Source: an uncultured Clostridium sp. (GTDB taxonomy: Bacteria > Bacillota > Clostridia > TANB77 > CAG-508). From it: DNA of 64,000 bases. This document shows, piece by piece, positions 50,609 through 61,098 of the stretch; position 1 is the first letter of the stretch, and each line of letters begins with the position of its first letter. Both the position numbers and the translations under genes were made by a program. The DNA is taken from NCBI GenBank assembly GCA_947426525.1, contig CANEEJ010000002.1, forward strand, positions 13,563 through 77,562, read 5' to 3'. The notes beneath the pieces are model-generated. The model saw only the letters and a list, made by a program, of their open reading frames with translations, was not told the origin of the DNA and made no database searches.

Positions 50609-51568
50609 GTGATGGATTTGCTAAAAATATATCATACAGATATGGGAACCAATAAAATTGAAGAAATCAAAGAATTCAAAAAAGGAGCATGGATTAACTT
50701 AGTAAATCCGTCGGAAAGCGAAATCAAAAAAGTATGTGAAAACATTCAAATAGAAGAAGACTTTATTCGCTATGCCTTAGACTACGAAGAAAAAGCAAGA
50801 ATTGACCAAGAAGAAGACGACAACACAACACTTTTTATTGTTGATGTACCAATTATAGAAAAAAGTGAAGATACAGAAATATATACAACCATGCCATTAG
50901 GAATGATTGTAGTAAGAGATGACTTTTTTGTAACCGTATCATTAAAAAAGAACAAAATCATAGAAGACTTTGAAAAGAAAAAGATAAAAAATTTCCAAAC
51001 TTACAAAAAAACAAGATTTATCTTTCAAATTTTATACTTAAACTCATCTTACTACTTAAGCTACCTAAAACAAATTAACAAAGAAACAGAAATAGCAGAA
51101 TACATATTAAAAAACTCAATGAAAAACAAAGAACTTTTAAAATTACTAAGCTTAGAAAAAGGATTGGTATATTTTACAACATCTTTAAAATCAAATGAAC
51201 TTGTCATGGAAAAAACTATGAGAGGTAAAATTATAAAATTATACGAAGATGATGAAGAAATACTAGAAGATGCCATCACAGAGAACAGACAGGCAATTGA
51301 AATGGCACAAATCTATAGTAACATCTTAAATGGAACTATGGATGCCTATGCCTCTATTATATCAAATAATCTAAATGGGGTTATGAAATTCCTAACATCT
51401 ATTACCATTGTACTTGCTGTACCAACTATGATATCAAGCTTTTGGGGAATGAATGTAGGATTACCACTACAAAATAGCCCATATGGATTTATGGCTATGA
51501 TACTAGTATCAGTTATATTAACCTTGTTAGTAACGTATTGGTTAAAGAAAAAAGATATGTTGGACTAG
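50609..51568 (+). CDS. corA: CorA-family magnesium/cobalt transporter
   Basis: The C-terminus has ...SFWGMNVGLP (the GMN motif) between two TM helices. The exact start is uncertain (GTG 50609 or ATG 50612). Confidence 0.88.
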   Translation: MMDLLKIYHTDMGTNKIEEIKEFKKGAWINLVNPSESEIKKVCENIQIEEDFIRYALDYEEKARIDQEEDDNTTLFIVDVPIIEKSEDTEIYTTMPLGMIVVRDDFFVTVSLKKNKIIEDFEKKKIKNFQTYKKTRFIFQILYLNSSYYLSYLKQINKETEIAEYILKNSMKNKELLKLLSLEKGLVYFTTSLKSNELVMEKTMRGKIIKLYEDDEEILEDAITENRQAIEMAQIYSNILNGTMDAYASIISNNLNGVMKFLTSITIVLAVPTMISSFWGMNVGLPLQNSPYGFMAMILVSVILTLLVTYWLKKKDMLD

Positions 51569-51570
51569 AA

Positions 51571-52878
51571 TTAAAATTCTGGTCCAACAATTTTTTTAAT
51601 TTTTTCTAATTGCGTTTTTAGATTATCATATAAAGCTTGTGAAATAGAAAGAGGTTCACTATTATTAATTGCAGTTTCATAATCATAAATATTTTTTTCA
51701 ATATCCATTAATTTCATTTTTTGAAGCTCAGAAGTTGATTTTTTATACATATAAATAGGGATATAATTAGCATGATCAATACTAATTTTTCCATCTACAT
51801 GCTTTGTGATTTCTAAATTCAATATAATAGAATTTCTAGTATTTTCTGCATTCTGGTCACAAATAAAATTACCCAAAGCGTAAATAACGAAACCATCTTT
51901 GGTTGAGCCATCTTCTAAAGTAACGGTTCTTTTTTCCATCGGCTCTAAAACATGAGGATGATTTCCTAAAATAATATCTACCCCACTTTGAAATAGAAAA
52001 TCAGCTAATTCTTCTTGTTCACTATTAGCAGTTGTTCGATATTCCGTACCCCAATGCATACAAGCTACAATCAAATCTGCATCTTGTGATTTAGCACTTT
52101 CAATATCTTTAGTAATTAAATCTTTATCAATCAAATTAACACAAAATGGTTTATCAGTAGGAACAGGAATTCCATTGGTTCCATAAGTATAATTGATAAA
52201 AGCAATTTTAACACCTTTCACATATTTAAACAAAATTTTATCTCTATCTTCTTGCGTTTGATAAGTCCCAACATGAGCAATATCTGCATCATTTAAAACA
52301 TCAATCGTTCTAGAAAGTCCATCAAATCCCATATCTAAACAATGGTTACCAGCAGTAGACAACACATCAACACCAATCTTTTTCAAATTATAAGCTAACT
52401 CATCTGGTGAATTAAAAGTTGGATAATTGCTATAACCACGTTCTTTGCCAGCAAAGCTAGTTTCTAGACTTCCAACTACAACATCAGAAGTCTTAATAGA
52501 ACGATCAATCTCTTTAAAAACATAAGAAAAATCATAATCATCGGTATCTTTTCGATAAGCATCCATATATTGTGTATTATGACACATTACATCACCAATA
52601 GCAGTCAAAGTAAAAGTAGCATCTGTATCTTCTTTTGGAGAAATATTCTCTTCAGCAGAAGCGGAAACTTGTGAGGATTGCTCTAAACTCTTATTAACAT
52701 CTGCCAAAAAATTTTGATGTTTCAGCCATTGATTCACATGATAAAAAATAGCAACACCTAACAATAAAATAACCAAAGCAATTAAAGTAAAAGACAAATA
52801 CTTCACAAACTTCTTATCAAATTGTGCCATCTGAGCGAGCTTATTTTTTCTATTATTTCCTCTTTTATTTCTTCTCAT
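51571..52878 (-). CDS. CapA-family (poly-gamma-glutamate synthesis / metallophosphatase-like) protein
   Basis: FTLTAIGDVMCH..., GNHCLD, HWGTEY, GNHPHV motifs with an N-terminal TM. The ATG at 52878 is preferred; the track start extends into a REP-like sequence. Confidence 0.8.
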   Translation of the reverse strand: MRRNKRGNNRKNKLAQMAQFDKKFVKYLSFTLIALVILLLGVAIFYHVNQWLKHQNFLADVNKSLEQSSQVSASAEENISPKEDTDATFTLTAIGDVMCHNTQYMDAYRKDTDDYDFSYVFKEIDRSIKTSDVVVGSLETSFAGKERGYSNYPTFNSPDELAYNLKKIGVDVLSTAGNHCLDMGFDGLSRTIDVLNDADIAHVGTYQTQEDRDKILFKYVKGVKIAFINYTYGTNGIPVPTDKPFCVNLIDKDLITKDIESAKSQDADLIVACMHWGTEYRTTANSEQEELADFLFQSGVDIILGNHPHVLEPMEKRTVTLEDGSTKDGFVIYALGNFICDQNAENTRNSIILNLEITKHVDGKISIDHANYIPIYMYKKSTSELQKMKLMDIEKNIYDYETAINNSEPLSISQALYDNLKTQLEKIKKIVGPEF

Positions 52879-53070
52879 ACAAAAATCCTTTCTAAAATTG
52901 CCACTAGGGACGGTGCTTTTTGGCAATTTTTTTATATGTTTTTGGCGATTAAATTAATAACTACAAGTTATCACAAAAAATAAAAAAATTCAACAAAATG
53001 TATAATTTTTAGAAAAACATGCATACTAATAAAAAATGACATTTAACAGCAAAATAAAGGAGGGAAAGAA

Positions 53071-53259
53071 ATGAAAGTAATTGATAAAATTGCACTTGCA
53101 TTAATTGTTATTGGGGCAATTAACTGGGGATTAATCGGATTTTTTAATTTTAACCTAGTAGCAGCTATTTTTGGTGATATGACAATAATCGCAAGAATTA
53201 TTTATGGACTAGTTGGTATATCTGGAATTTGGGGAATTAAACTTTTATTTGATGATTAA
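53071..53259 (+). CDS. DUF378-family small membrane protein
   Basis: IALALIVIGAINWGLIGFFNFNLVAAIFG. Confidence 0.7.
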   Translation: MKVIDKIALALIVIGAINWGLIGFFNFNLVAAIFGDMTIIARIIYGLVGISGIWGIKLLFDD

Positions 53260-53410
53260 TAAAAAAATAAAAAGAAGAGCTAAAATTAGTTCTTTTTTTG
53301 TTGTATAGGAAAATTCGTTTTATTTTAAGGGATTGCCTTATTATTCTTGAAAATAACTGGAAAATAGTGTATAATAAAAAAGCTAAAAAATGAGAAAAAG
53401 GAGAATAAAA

Positions 53411-54994
53411 ATGTTAAGTGCAAATAATGTAACCGTAAGATTTGGAAAAAGAGTATTATTCGAAGAAGTAAATATAAGATTTGGAAAAGGAAACTGTTAT
53501 GGAATCATCGGAGCCAATGGAGCAGGAAAATCAACCTTTCTAAAAGTATTATCAGGAGAAATTGAACCAAGCAAAGGAGATGTTAGCCTAGACAAAGGAG
53601 AAAGAATATCTGTCTTAAAACAAGACCACTTTGCTTATGAAGAAAACTCTGTTATGGACACTGTTATCATGGGCAATAAAGAATTATATGACATTATGAA
53701 AGAAAAAGAAGAAATATATAGCAAACCAGACTTTTCAGAAGAAGATGGAATGAAAGCAGCAAAATTAGAGGAAAGATTTGCTGAGCTAGATGGGTGGAAT
53801 GCGGAATCAGATGCAGCCATTTTATTAAACGACCTAGGAATTATACCAGAAAATCACTATAAATTGATGAAAGAAATCGAGGCCAAAGACAAAGTAAAAG
53901 TATTATTAGCACAAAGTTTATTTGGAAATCCAGATGTTTTATTATTGGACGAGCCTACCAACGACTTAGACCTAAAAAGCATCAACTGGTTACAAGAATT
54001 CTTAATGGATTTTGAAAATACCGTAATTGTAGTATCACATGATAGATATTTCTTAAACAAAGTATGTACTCATATAGCAGACGTAGACTTTGGAAAAATC
54101 AAAGTATATCCAGGAAACTATGACTTCTGGTATGAATCCAGTCAATTAGCCTTAAAACAAGCAAGAGAACAAAACAAGAAAAAAGAAGAAAAAATCAAAG
54201 AATTACAAGACTTTATTGCAAGATTTAGTGCCAACGCTTCTAAATCAAAACAAGCAACATCAAGAAAGAAAACACTAGAAAAAATAGAATTAGATGAAAT
54301 CAAACCATCCAACAGGAAATACCCATATGTTGATTTCAAACCAGATAGAGAACCAGGAAAAGAAATTTTACAAGTAAAAAACATATCAAAAACTGTAGAG
54401 GGAGTAAAAGTATTAGACAATATCTCATTTGATGTAAAACAAGGAGACAAAATAGCCTTTTTAGCAGACAATGAAATTGCCAAAACTGTGTTATTTCAAA
54501 TAATTAGTGGAGAACTAGAACCAGACGAAGGAGAACTAGTATGGGGAACAACCATCACAAAAACCTATTTCCCAAAAGACAACAACTATCTATTTGGAAC
54601 AGACGAAAACGTAACCGAATGGCTTAGAAAATACTCAAAAGACCCAGACGAAACTTACGTAAGAAGCTTTTTAGGAAGAATGTTATTCTCAGGAGACGAA
54701 GCCCTAAAAGAAGCAAAAGTCTTATCTGGAGGAGAAAAAGTAAGATGTGTACTATCCAAAATGATGTTATCAGGAGCAAACTTCCTAATATTTGACGAAC
54801 CAACCAACCACTTAGACATGGAAAGCATCACATCAGTCAATGAAGGAATGAAAAAATTCATTGGAAACATCTTATTCACATCTCATGACCACGAATTAAC
54901 ACAAACAGTAGCCAATCGAATTATCGATATAAAAGAAGACGGAAAAGTAATTGACAGAGAAGTAACATACAATGAATACTTAGGAGTAGAATAA
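53411..54994 (+). CDS. ABC-F family ATPase (two ABC domains, no TM domain)
   Basis: GANGAGKST, LLLDEPTNDLD, an inter-domain K/E-rich linker, LSGGEK and FDEPTNHLD. ATG at 53411 after GGAG. Confidence 0.9.
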   Translation: MLSANNVTVRFGKRVLFEEVNIRFGKGNCYGIIGANGAGKSTFLKVLSGEIEPSKGDVSLDKGERISVLKQDHFAYEENSVMDTVIMGNKELYDIMKEKEEIYSKPDFSEEDGMKAAKLEERFAELDGWNAESDAAILLNDLGIIPENHYKLMKEIEAKDKVKVLLAQSLFGNPDVLLLDEPTNDLDLKSINWLQEFLMDFENTVIVVSHDRYFLNKVCTHIADVDFGKIKVYPGNYDFWYESSQLALKQAREQNKKKEEKIKELQDFIARFSANASKSKQATSRKKTLEKIELDEIKPSNRKYPYVDFKPDREPGKEILQVKNISKTVEGVKVLDNISFDVKQGDKIAFLADNEIAKTVLFQIISGELEPDEGELVWGTTITKTYFPKDNNYLFGTDENVTEWLRKYSKDPDETYVRSFLGRMLFSGDEALKEAKVLSGGEKVRCVLSKMMLSGANFLIFDEPTNHLDMESITSVNEGMKKFIGNILFTSHDHELTQTVANRIIDIKEDGKVIDREVTYNEYLGVE

Positions 54995-55022
54995 TCATGG
55001 GGGAATAAAGGGAGTAGAAAAA

Positions 55023-55493
55023 ATGGCAAGAGTTGATAAAATTAATTATTATTTAAACATTGCAGAAACCGTAGCAGAACGAGGAACATGTCTTAGAAAC
55101 AATTATGGAAGTATCATTGTAAAAAATGACGAAATCATATCAACTGGATACTCAGGAGCACCAAGAGGTAGAGAGAACTGCTTAGACTTAGGTTACTGTA
55201 TAAAAAGTGATATGCCAAGTGGAAAAGGATATGATAGGTGTAGGTCAGTACATAGTGAACAAAATGCAATGATTAGTGCTGCAAGAAAAGATATGATAGG
55301 AGCAACCTTATATATGGTTGGCATTAATAAAAGAAATGGTGAATATGTAAAAGATAACTGGCCATGTACTTTTTGTAAAAGAATGCTAATCAATAGCGGA
55401 ATTAAAGAAGTTGTTATGAGAGATAATAAAACTGATTATCGAATTGAACAAGTACAAGATTGGATTGAAAAGGACGATTCGTTAGAATATTAG
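55023..55493 (+). CDS. dCMP deaminase (ComEB-type cytidine/deoxycytidylate deaminase)
   Basis: HSEQNA (H-x-E) and PCTFCKRMLINSG (PCxxC) zinc motifs. Confidence 0.85.
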   Translation: MARVDKINYYLNIAETVAERGTCLRNNYGSIIVKNDEIISTGYSGAPRGRENCLDLGYCIKSDMPSGKGYDRCRSVHSEQNAMISAARKDMIGATLYMVGINKRNGEYVKDNWPCTFCKRMLINSGIKEVVMRDNKTDYRIEQVQDWIEKDDSLEY

Positions 55494-55495
55494 CC

Positions 55496-55527
55496 ATGAT
55501 TTTTGGGACGGAGGAAAAAATCATGAT
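55496..55527. repeat. REP-like palindromic element (left flank of the RAYT; inverted relative to the other copies)
   Basis: ATGATTTTTGGGACGGAGGAAAAAATCATGAT is the reverse complement of the 56430 copy with one substitution. Confidence 0.75.
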
Positions 55528-55685
55528 AAAGAAAATACATAAGTAATTATAGTAACAATTCTTATTTTTATAAAAAATAGGAAAAAATAAAGGAAAAATG
55601 TCCTTGACGAAGAATAATTATAGAATAGAAGAACAAAAATTATATAGAAAAAAGGGGAAAATAAAAAAAGAAAGTGAGTGATTGA

Positions 55686-56426
55686 ATGGCTAGAACTGCC
55701 AGAGAATATCTTAATACCTCTTTTTTCCATGTAATGGTGCAAGGTATTAACAAAGAATTTATATTCAAAAATAGTAGATATATAAATCGATATCTACAAT
55801 TGATTCAAAAAAATTTAGACAAACAAAATCTTAAAATCATTGCATTTTGTATTATGAACAATCATGCACATCTATTAATTCAAACCAAAAATATAGAAGA
55901 ATTATCCCAATATATGAGAAAATTAAATAGTATGTATGCTCAATATTACAATTATATGGAAAAAGGAAGAGTTGGTTATGTTTTTCGAGACCGATACAAA
56001 ACAGAACCAATAGCAGACAAAAGACAATTGATGCAATGCATTAAATACATTCATCAAAACCCAGTAAAAGCAAATATGGTAAAACAAGTAAATGAATATC
56101 CATATTCTTCTTATCGTTTATATGAAAACAATGAAATTAAAAAATATGGAATTTTCACAAAAGAAGAAATTGCGTTAATTTGCAATATGGAAAAAACATG
56201 TGAAGACGAGTTTTTAGATATTGATATCAATATAGAAAAGAAAATTGATAGTTGTATTTCAGAATTTGTGCAAAAAGAAAAGATAAAAGTATTTGAAATA
56301 TTTGAAAAAAATGATATACTAAAAAAGCTAATAAAATATCTTAAAAAATCTAAAAATATTAAATACACAGAAATAATGAAAAGGTTAGATATCACAAAAG
56401 GGACAATGGAACGATTGAAAAAATAA
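55686..56426 (+). CDS. REP-associated tyrosine transposase (IS200/IS605 TnpA-like, Y1 HUH)
   Basis: IMNNHAHLLIQ (HUH) and a conserved Tyr region ...YIHQNPVKANMV...YPYSSY. Flanked by inverted REP copies. Confidence 0.8.
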   Translation: MARTAREYLNTSFFHVMVQGINKEFIFKNSRYINRYLQLIQKNLDKQNLKIIAFCIMNNHAHLLIQTKNIEELSQYMRKLNSMYAQYYNYMEKGRVGYVFRDRYKTEPIADKRQLMQCIKYIHQNPVKANMVKQVNEYPYSSYRLYENNEIKKYGIFTKEEIALICNMEKTCEDEFLDIDINIEKKIDSCISEFVQKEKIKVFEIFEKNDILKKLIKYLKKSKNIKYTEIMKRLDITKGTMERLKK

Positions 56427-56429
56427 AAC

Positions 56430-56461
56430 ATCATGATTTTTTCCTCCGTCCCCAAAATCAT
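56430..56461. repeat. REP-like palindromic element (right flank of the RAYT)
   Basis: ATCATGATTTTTTCCTCCGTCCCCAAAATCAT with an internal 8-bp stem ATGATTTT/AAAATCAT. Confidence 0.75.
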
Positions 56462-56484
56462 CGCTATGGAAAGGAAGTAGAATA

Positions 56485-58669
56485 ATGGATAAAATTATAA
56501 AAACAATAGCAGAGGAATTAAATATTAAAGCATCACAAGTAGAAAGCACAGTAAAGTTAATTGATGAAGGAAATACGATTCCGTTTATTGCCAGATACCG
56601 TAAAGAAGTAACAGGAGGTCTTTCTGACGAAATCTTGAGAGATTTAGGAGATAGACTAAATTATTTGAGAAATTTAGAACAAAGAAAAGAAGAGGTTATT
56701 AAATCAATTGACGAGCAAGGGAAGTTAACAGATGAAATTTTGCAAGCAGTGGCAATTGCTAAAACACTAGCAGAAGTGGAAGATATTTATAGACCTTACA
56801 AACAAAAGAAAAAGACAAGAGCAACTGTTGCAAAAGCAAAAGGGCTAGAGCCACTAGCTAAAATTATTATGGAACAAAAAGAGACAAAGCCAATTGAAGA
56901 AATAGCAAAAGAATATATTAATATTGACAAATTATCAGAAGAAGATAAAAAGAACAAAGATAAGGTGGTAAATACAGCAGAAGATGCTATACAAGGAGCT
57001 TTAGATATCATTGCAGAGGATATTTCTGATAATGCGAAATATAGAAAAGAAATCAAAAGACAATGCTATCGAGAAGCGGTAATTGAAACCAAAGCGGTGA
57101 AGGAAGAAGAAAAATCAAATTATGAAATGTATTATGAATATAGTGAAGCTATCAAATATATTCCAAGCCATAGAATTCTGGCTATTAACCGTGGAGAAAA
57201 AGAAGATTTCTTAAAAGTAAAAATCCGGAAAACCGGAAGAAAAAATACTAGCTTATGTGGAAAGAGACGCCATAAAAGGTCAAACGCAATTTACTAACAT
57301 GCTAAAAGAAACCATTTTAGATAGCTTTAAAAGATTAATTGAACCATCAATTGAAAGAGAAATCCGCAGTGATTTAACTGAAAAAGCAGAAGAAAAAGCG
57401 ATTAAAGTATTTGGACAAAATTCAAAACAATTGCTATTAGGGGCACCAATCAAAGGAAAAACAGTTATGGGATTTGACCCAGCCTACCGAACAGGTTGTA
57501 AAATAGCAGTTATTGATGAAACTGGAAAAGTATTAGATTATACAACCGTATATCCAACTGAACCACAAAATGATGTAGAAGGAGCCAAAAGAGAGCTTCT
57601 AAAGTTAATTGAAAAAGATAAAATTGATATGATAGCTATTGGAAATGGAACAGCCTCAAGAGAATCTGAAATGTTTGTTGCAGATATGATAAAAGAGGCA
57701 TCTAGACCAGTTCACTATGTAATTGTAAGTGAAGCAGGAGCATCTGTGTATTCAGCATCTAAACTTGCAACAGAAGAATATCCAGACATTAATGTATCCA
57801 TTAGAGGTGCAATTTCTATTGCAAGAAGATTACAAGACCCATTAGCGGAACTAGTAAAAATCGACCCAAAAGCAATTGGAGTAGGGCAATATCAACATGA
57901 TGTAAATCAAAAGAGGTTAGCAGAGAGTTTAACAGGAGTAGTAGAAGACAGTGTTAACAAAGTCGGAGTAGATGTCAACACAGCAACACCATCTTTATTA
58001 TCTTATGTATCAGGAATTAACAATACCATTGCCAAAAACATTGTAAAATACAGAGACGAAAACGGAAAATTGAAAAATAGAAAACAATTATTAAAAGTAC
58101 CTAAGTTAGGAAAAGTAGCATTTGAGCAATGTGCAGGTTTCTTAAGAATTTTAGATGGAGACAACCCATTAGAAATTACAGCTGTTCACCCAGAAAGCTA
58201 TGAAGCAACTGAAAAATTACTTAGCAATTTAGGATTTGATAAAAAGGACTTAAAAGACAAAGAAAAATTAGAAGAACTAAGAAAAAAACTAAAAACCGTA
58301 AACGTGGAAACTATGGCAAAAGAGCTTGAATTAGGAGAAATGACATTAACAGATATTATTGATGAGTTATCCAAACCAGGAAGAGACCCACGTGAAGACA
58401 TGCCAAAGCCAATTTTAAGAAGTGATGTTTTAAAATTAGAAGATTTAAAAGAAGGAATGGTACTAACAGGAACCATAAGAAACGTAATCGATTTTGGAGC
58501 TTTTGTCGACATTGGAGTAAAACATGATGGACTAGTACATATCTCAGAAATGAGTGACAAATTTGTCAAAAATCCGTCTGAAATCGTATCAGTTGGAGAT
58601 ATTGTAAAAGTAAAAGTAATCAAAATAGATAAAGAAAGACAAAAAGTAGGACTTTCTATGAAAGTTTGA
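56485..58669 (+). CDS. tex: Tex (S1-domain transcription accessory protein); needs a +1 shift at in-frame CGG 57226-57228
   Basis: Track ORFs 56485..57297 and 57257..58669 join as ...EDFLKVKI-G-KPEEKILAYVERDAIKGQTQF... Has the typical Tex N-terminus (IPFIARYRKE), a YqgF-like middle region, HhH and a C-terminal S1 (GTIRNVIDFGAFVDIG..DGLVHISE). Confidence 0.9.
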
Positions 58670-58771
58670 GACAAAGGGGACAGGTCTTAACTGTCTCATT
58701 TTTATATTTTGATAAAACTTATCTTATAAAAAATAAAAAATGAGACAGTTAAGACCTGTCCCCTTTGTCTC
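58668..58771. terminator. Perfect 31-bp inverted repeat (two facing hairpin and T-run units) between convergent tex and the HD-GYP gene
   Basis: 58668-58698 GAGACAAAGGGGACAGGTCTTAACTGTCTCA is the reverse complement of 58741-58771. Each arm holds GACAG-GTCTTAA-CTGTC followed by a T-run in its own direction. Confidence 0.7.
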
Positions 58772-59831
58772 ATTTATATTTTTCTTGAATTTCTTTAACT
58801 TCATCAAAATGATTTCTTAAAATATCTAAAAACACATCAGTAAGTTCTGGATCAAATTGAGTTCCCTTACATCTTTCAAATTCGGCAATAACTGTATCCA
58901 AAGGAAGTGCATTACGATACGTCCTTCTTGAGGTCATAGCATCAAAACTATCAGCAATAGCAGTAATTCTAGCTAAATATGGAATTTCTTCTCCCTTTAA
59001 TCTGCCAGGATAGCCATTTCCATCATATTTTTCATGATGATGTTTTACAATTGGAACAATATCGCGGAAAATACTTGCAGTAGACAAGATATGAGCACCA
59101 ATAGAAGGATGATTTTTAATTTCAGAATATTCGTCATCTGTCAATTTTGCTTCTTTTAATAAAATACTATCTGGTACACCAATTTTACCAATATCATGGA
59201 AAATTCCGCCAATTTGTAAAGTTTTTAAATCACTCTCTGGTAAGTTCATTGCTTTTCCAATTAAAACAGAAAATTCAGAAACCCTGTCAGAATGACCTCT
59301 TGTATAAGTATCTTTTGCTTCCACAGTATAACGTAAAGTCTCTATACTCTCTAAGTAAGCTTTTTCCAGCATTTCATTTGTATTTTTTAATTCCTCATTA
59401 ATCTTTTTAATTTCATTCATTTGAGCAATTGATTTAATACCAGACTCAATTAACAATAGTAATTGGTCAAATTTATCACTTTTTTCGCAATATCCTTGAA
59501 TATCAAGTCTTCGAATGGTATCCAATGGAGGCGCCAAATCTTTATGACCTGTTAATAATAAAATATATAGTTCTTTATTAAATTTCCTAATTTCTTCTAC
59601 CACTTGGTCACCATGAAAAGGAGTCATAATAAAGTCTAAAATCATTAAATCAAAATGTTCATTTTTAACTTTTTCAATTGCCTCTTGTGGATCTGTTACA
59701 CCGGTAAATTCATAGCCAGATCTTTTTAGAAAAATAGATAAAGAATCAATAATTCCTTCTTCATCATCAACTGCTATGATTTTGTAATTTCTGTTTTCAC
59801 TATTTTCTAAATTTTGTAATCCTTTTCTCAT
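58770..59831 (-). CDS. Response regulator with an HD-GYP phosphodiesterase domain
   Basis: REC (IIAVDDEEG...LMILDFIMTP) plus HD (GGIFHDIGK) and HHEKYDGNGYP. The ATG at 59831 is preferred (GAGG RBS). Confidence 0.85.
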   Translation of the reverse strand: MRKGLQNLENSENRNYKIIAVDDEEGIIDSLSIFLKRSGYEFTGVTDPQEAIEKVKNEHFDLMILDFIMTPFHGDQVVEEIRKFNKELYILLLTGHKDLAPPLDTIRRLDIQGYCEKSDKFDQLLLLIESGIKSIAQMNEIKKINEELKNTNEMLEKAYLESIETLRYTVEAKDTYTRGHSDRVSEFSVLIGKAMNLPESDLKTLQIGGIFHDIGKIGVPDSILLKEAKLTDDEYSEIKNHPSIGAHILSTASIFRDIVPIVKHHHEKYDGNGYPGRLKGEEIPYLARITAIADSFDAMTSRRTYRNALPLDTVIAEFERCKGTQFDPELTDVFLDILRNHFDEVKEIQEKYK

Positions 59832-60245
59832 TTTTACAACCTCATTAATCATAAATTAATTAACTATTTTCCACATTATATTAATAAAATGCGGAAAATG
59901 CAAGAGTTTTTAGAAAAAAGCAAATTTATTTCCATCTTCAAATTTATGGGATAACGATAAAAAAATTCAATCTTAAAAAGTATGCTTTTATCATTAACAA
60001 ATTTCTCCAATGTAAGCACAATTAGTACGAATTTCGTCTTCAAATTCAACAATAAGACCATAAAGATGGAAAAATTCTTAATTATTCTACCTATGAAGGA
60101 GGCTCATTAATGTCAGACGATTATTCGAAAGGTGATATACTTTATCTATTATCGAACGGTATTCAGAAATAAATAAGTCTCCTTTATAGGATACATGGTA
60201 TGCAGCTCCCGTATAGATAATGAGTATTCAATAAGTGAATAGCGG

Positions 60246-60888
60246 TTAAAAGGAACCAACAAAAGAAACACCGTAAATTAGCTGCATTACCACCAATAGC
60301 CCAAGAATATTCATCACCTTTAATTAAATAAGATTTATAGATAATATTCATCGCAGAATCGTAAAGCCAACTTCCCTGTACTTGAGAACCAGTATCGCCA
60401 GTGTAATGAAAAATCGCATCAGATTTTATTTCATAAAGCCAAAGATAATCATTATCTAGATTAAGTTTAGTTAAATATTCGTCCCAAGTGGTACCATTTT
60501 CTACTTCATGCGGTGTACCATTAATAGAAAAACGAACTATTTTATCAGCAACCCATAAATCTGAAATATCTATCGTATTTCCTTTTTTGCTTTTTACTGT
60601 TGGTGCGTTTTCATCTACAGGATTACCTGTTATTTTTTTTACAGCATTTATAACATCTTGATTGGTATAATTTGCTGTTTTTTCATTAAAATTCCCCATA
60701 ATTTCTAGTTTGATTTGCTCTTTGGTATCCACGATATCAGTTTCTTTTTCTGCTTTACTTGCCTTTGTTAATAATCCATTTTGACCTGTTAACATAGCAA
60801 TACTTATCCCTGCTAAAATGAGTAAAACAATGATGGTAATGACTAAAGCAATTAAGGTGATACCGTTATTTTTTTGTGTGCTTTTCAT
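60246..60888 (-). CDS. Prepilin-type (type IV pilin/pseudopilin-like) protein, paralog 1; +1 shift at CGG (complement 60273-60271) gives a shorter, non-aberrant tail
   Basis: N-terminal NGITLIALVITIIVLLILAGISIAML prepilin motif. The 0-frame tail is LRCFFCWFLLTAIHLLNTHYLYGSCIPCIL; the shifted tail is L-G-VSFVGSF-stop. Confidence 0.6.
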
Positions 60889-61098
60889 ATTTACTCCTTC
60901 TTTCGTTTATTTTTATGAGTTTATTATAATTTAGGCTTTTGTAAATTGTAAATGTTTTAGAAGCATTTACTTATTATCAATTATACATAATTTTGTATGA
61001 GATTTATGTTATTTTATGTACAATTAATTACCCATAAAAGCTTTCAAAATAAAAATCGCTAAAGTATAATTTGAATAGAAAAAACTAAGGAGGAAACT

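Noticed and set aside
688-58674. Many 60-160-aa track ORFs lying antisense to or inside longer genes, e.g. 688..873, 1337..1600, 2207..2638, 3499..3690, 6504..6743, 9262..9516, 9609..9827, 10073..10267, 10347..10550, 11187..11402, 13083..13304, 13337..13603, 14662..14865, 16607..16801, 22611..22796, 27125..27310, 31041..31301, 33212..33535, 33799..34092, 34158..34421, 36998..37180, 38370..38753, 39114..39371, 39865..40077, 43622..43924, 44524..44796, 45088..45459, 48924..49229, 49958..50224, 51061..51279, 53635..54879, 55193..55393, 55521..55742, 56111..56461, 56796..57056, 58198..58674, 59147..59401 and 63378..63578
   Set aside because: These are shadow ORFs typical of AT-rich DNA. They have low-complexity or Phe/Leu/Ile/Ser-rich translations and no RBS, and they overlap genes with clear homology.
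59876-60061. 61-aa minus-strand ORF in the spacer after the HD-GYP regulator gene
   Set aside because: No RBS, a hydrophobic low-complexity translation, and a location in a promoter-like AT-rich intergenic region.
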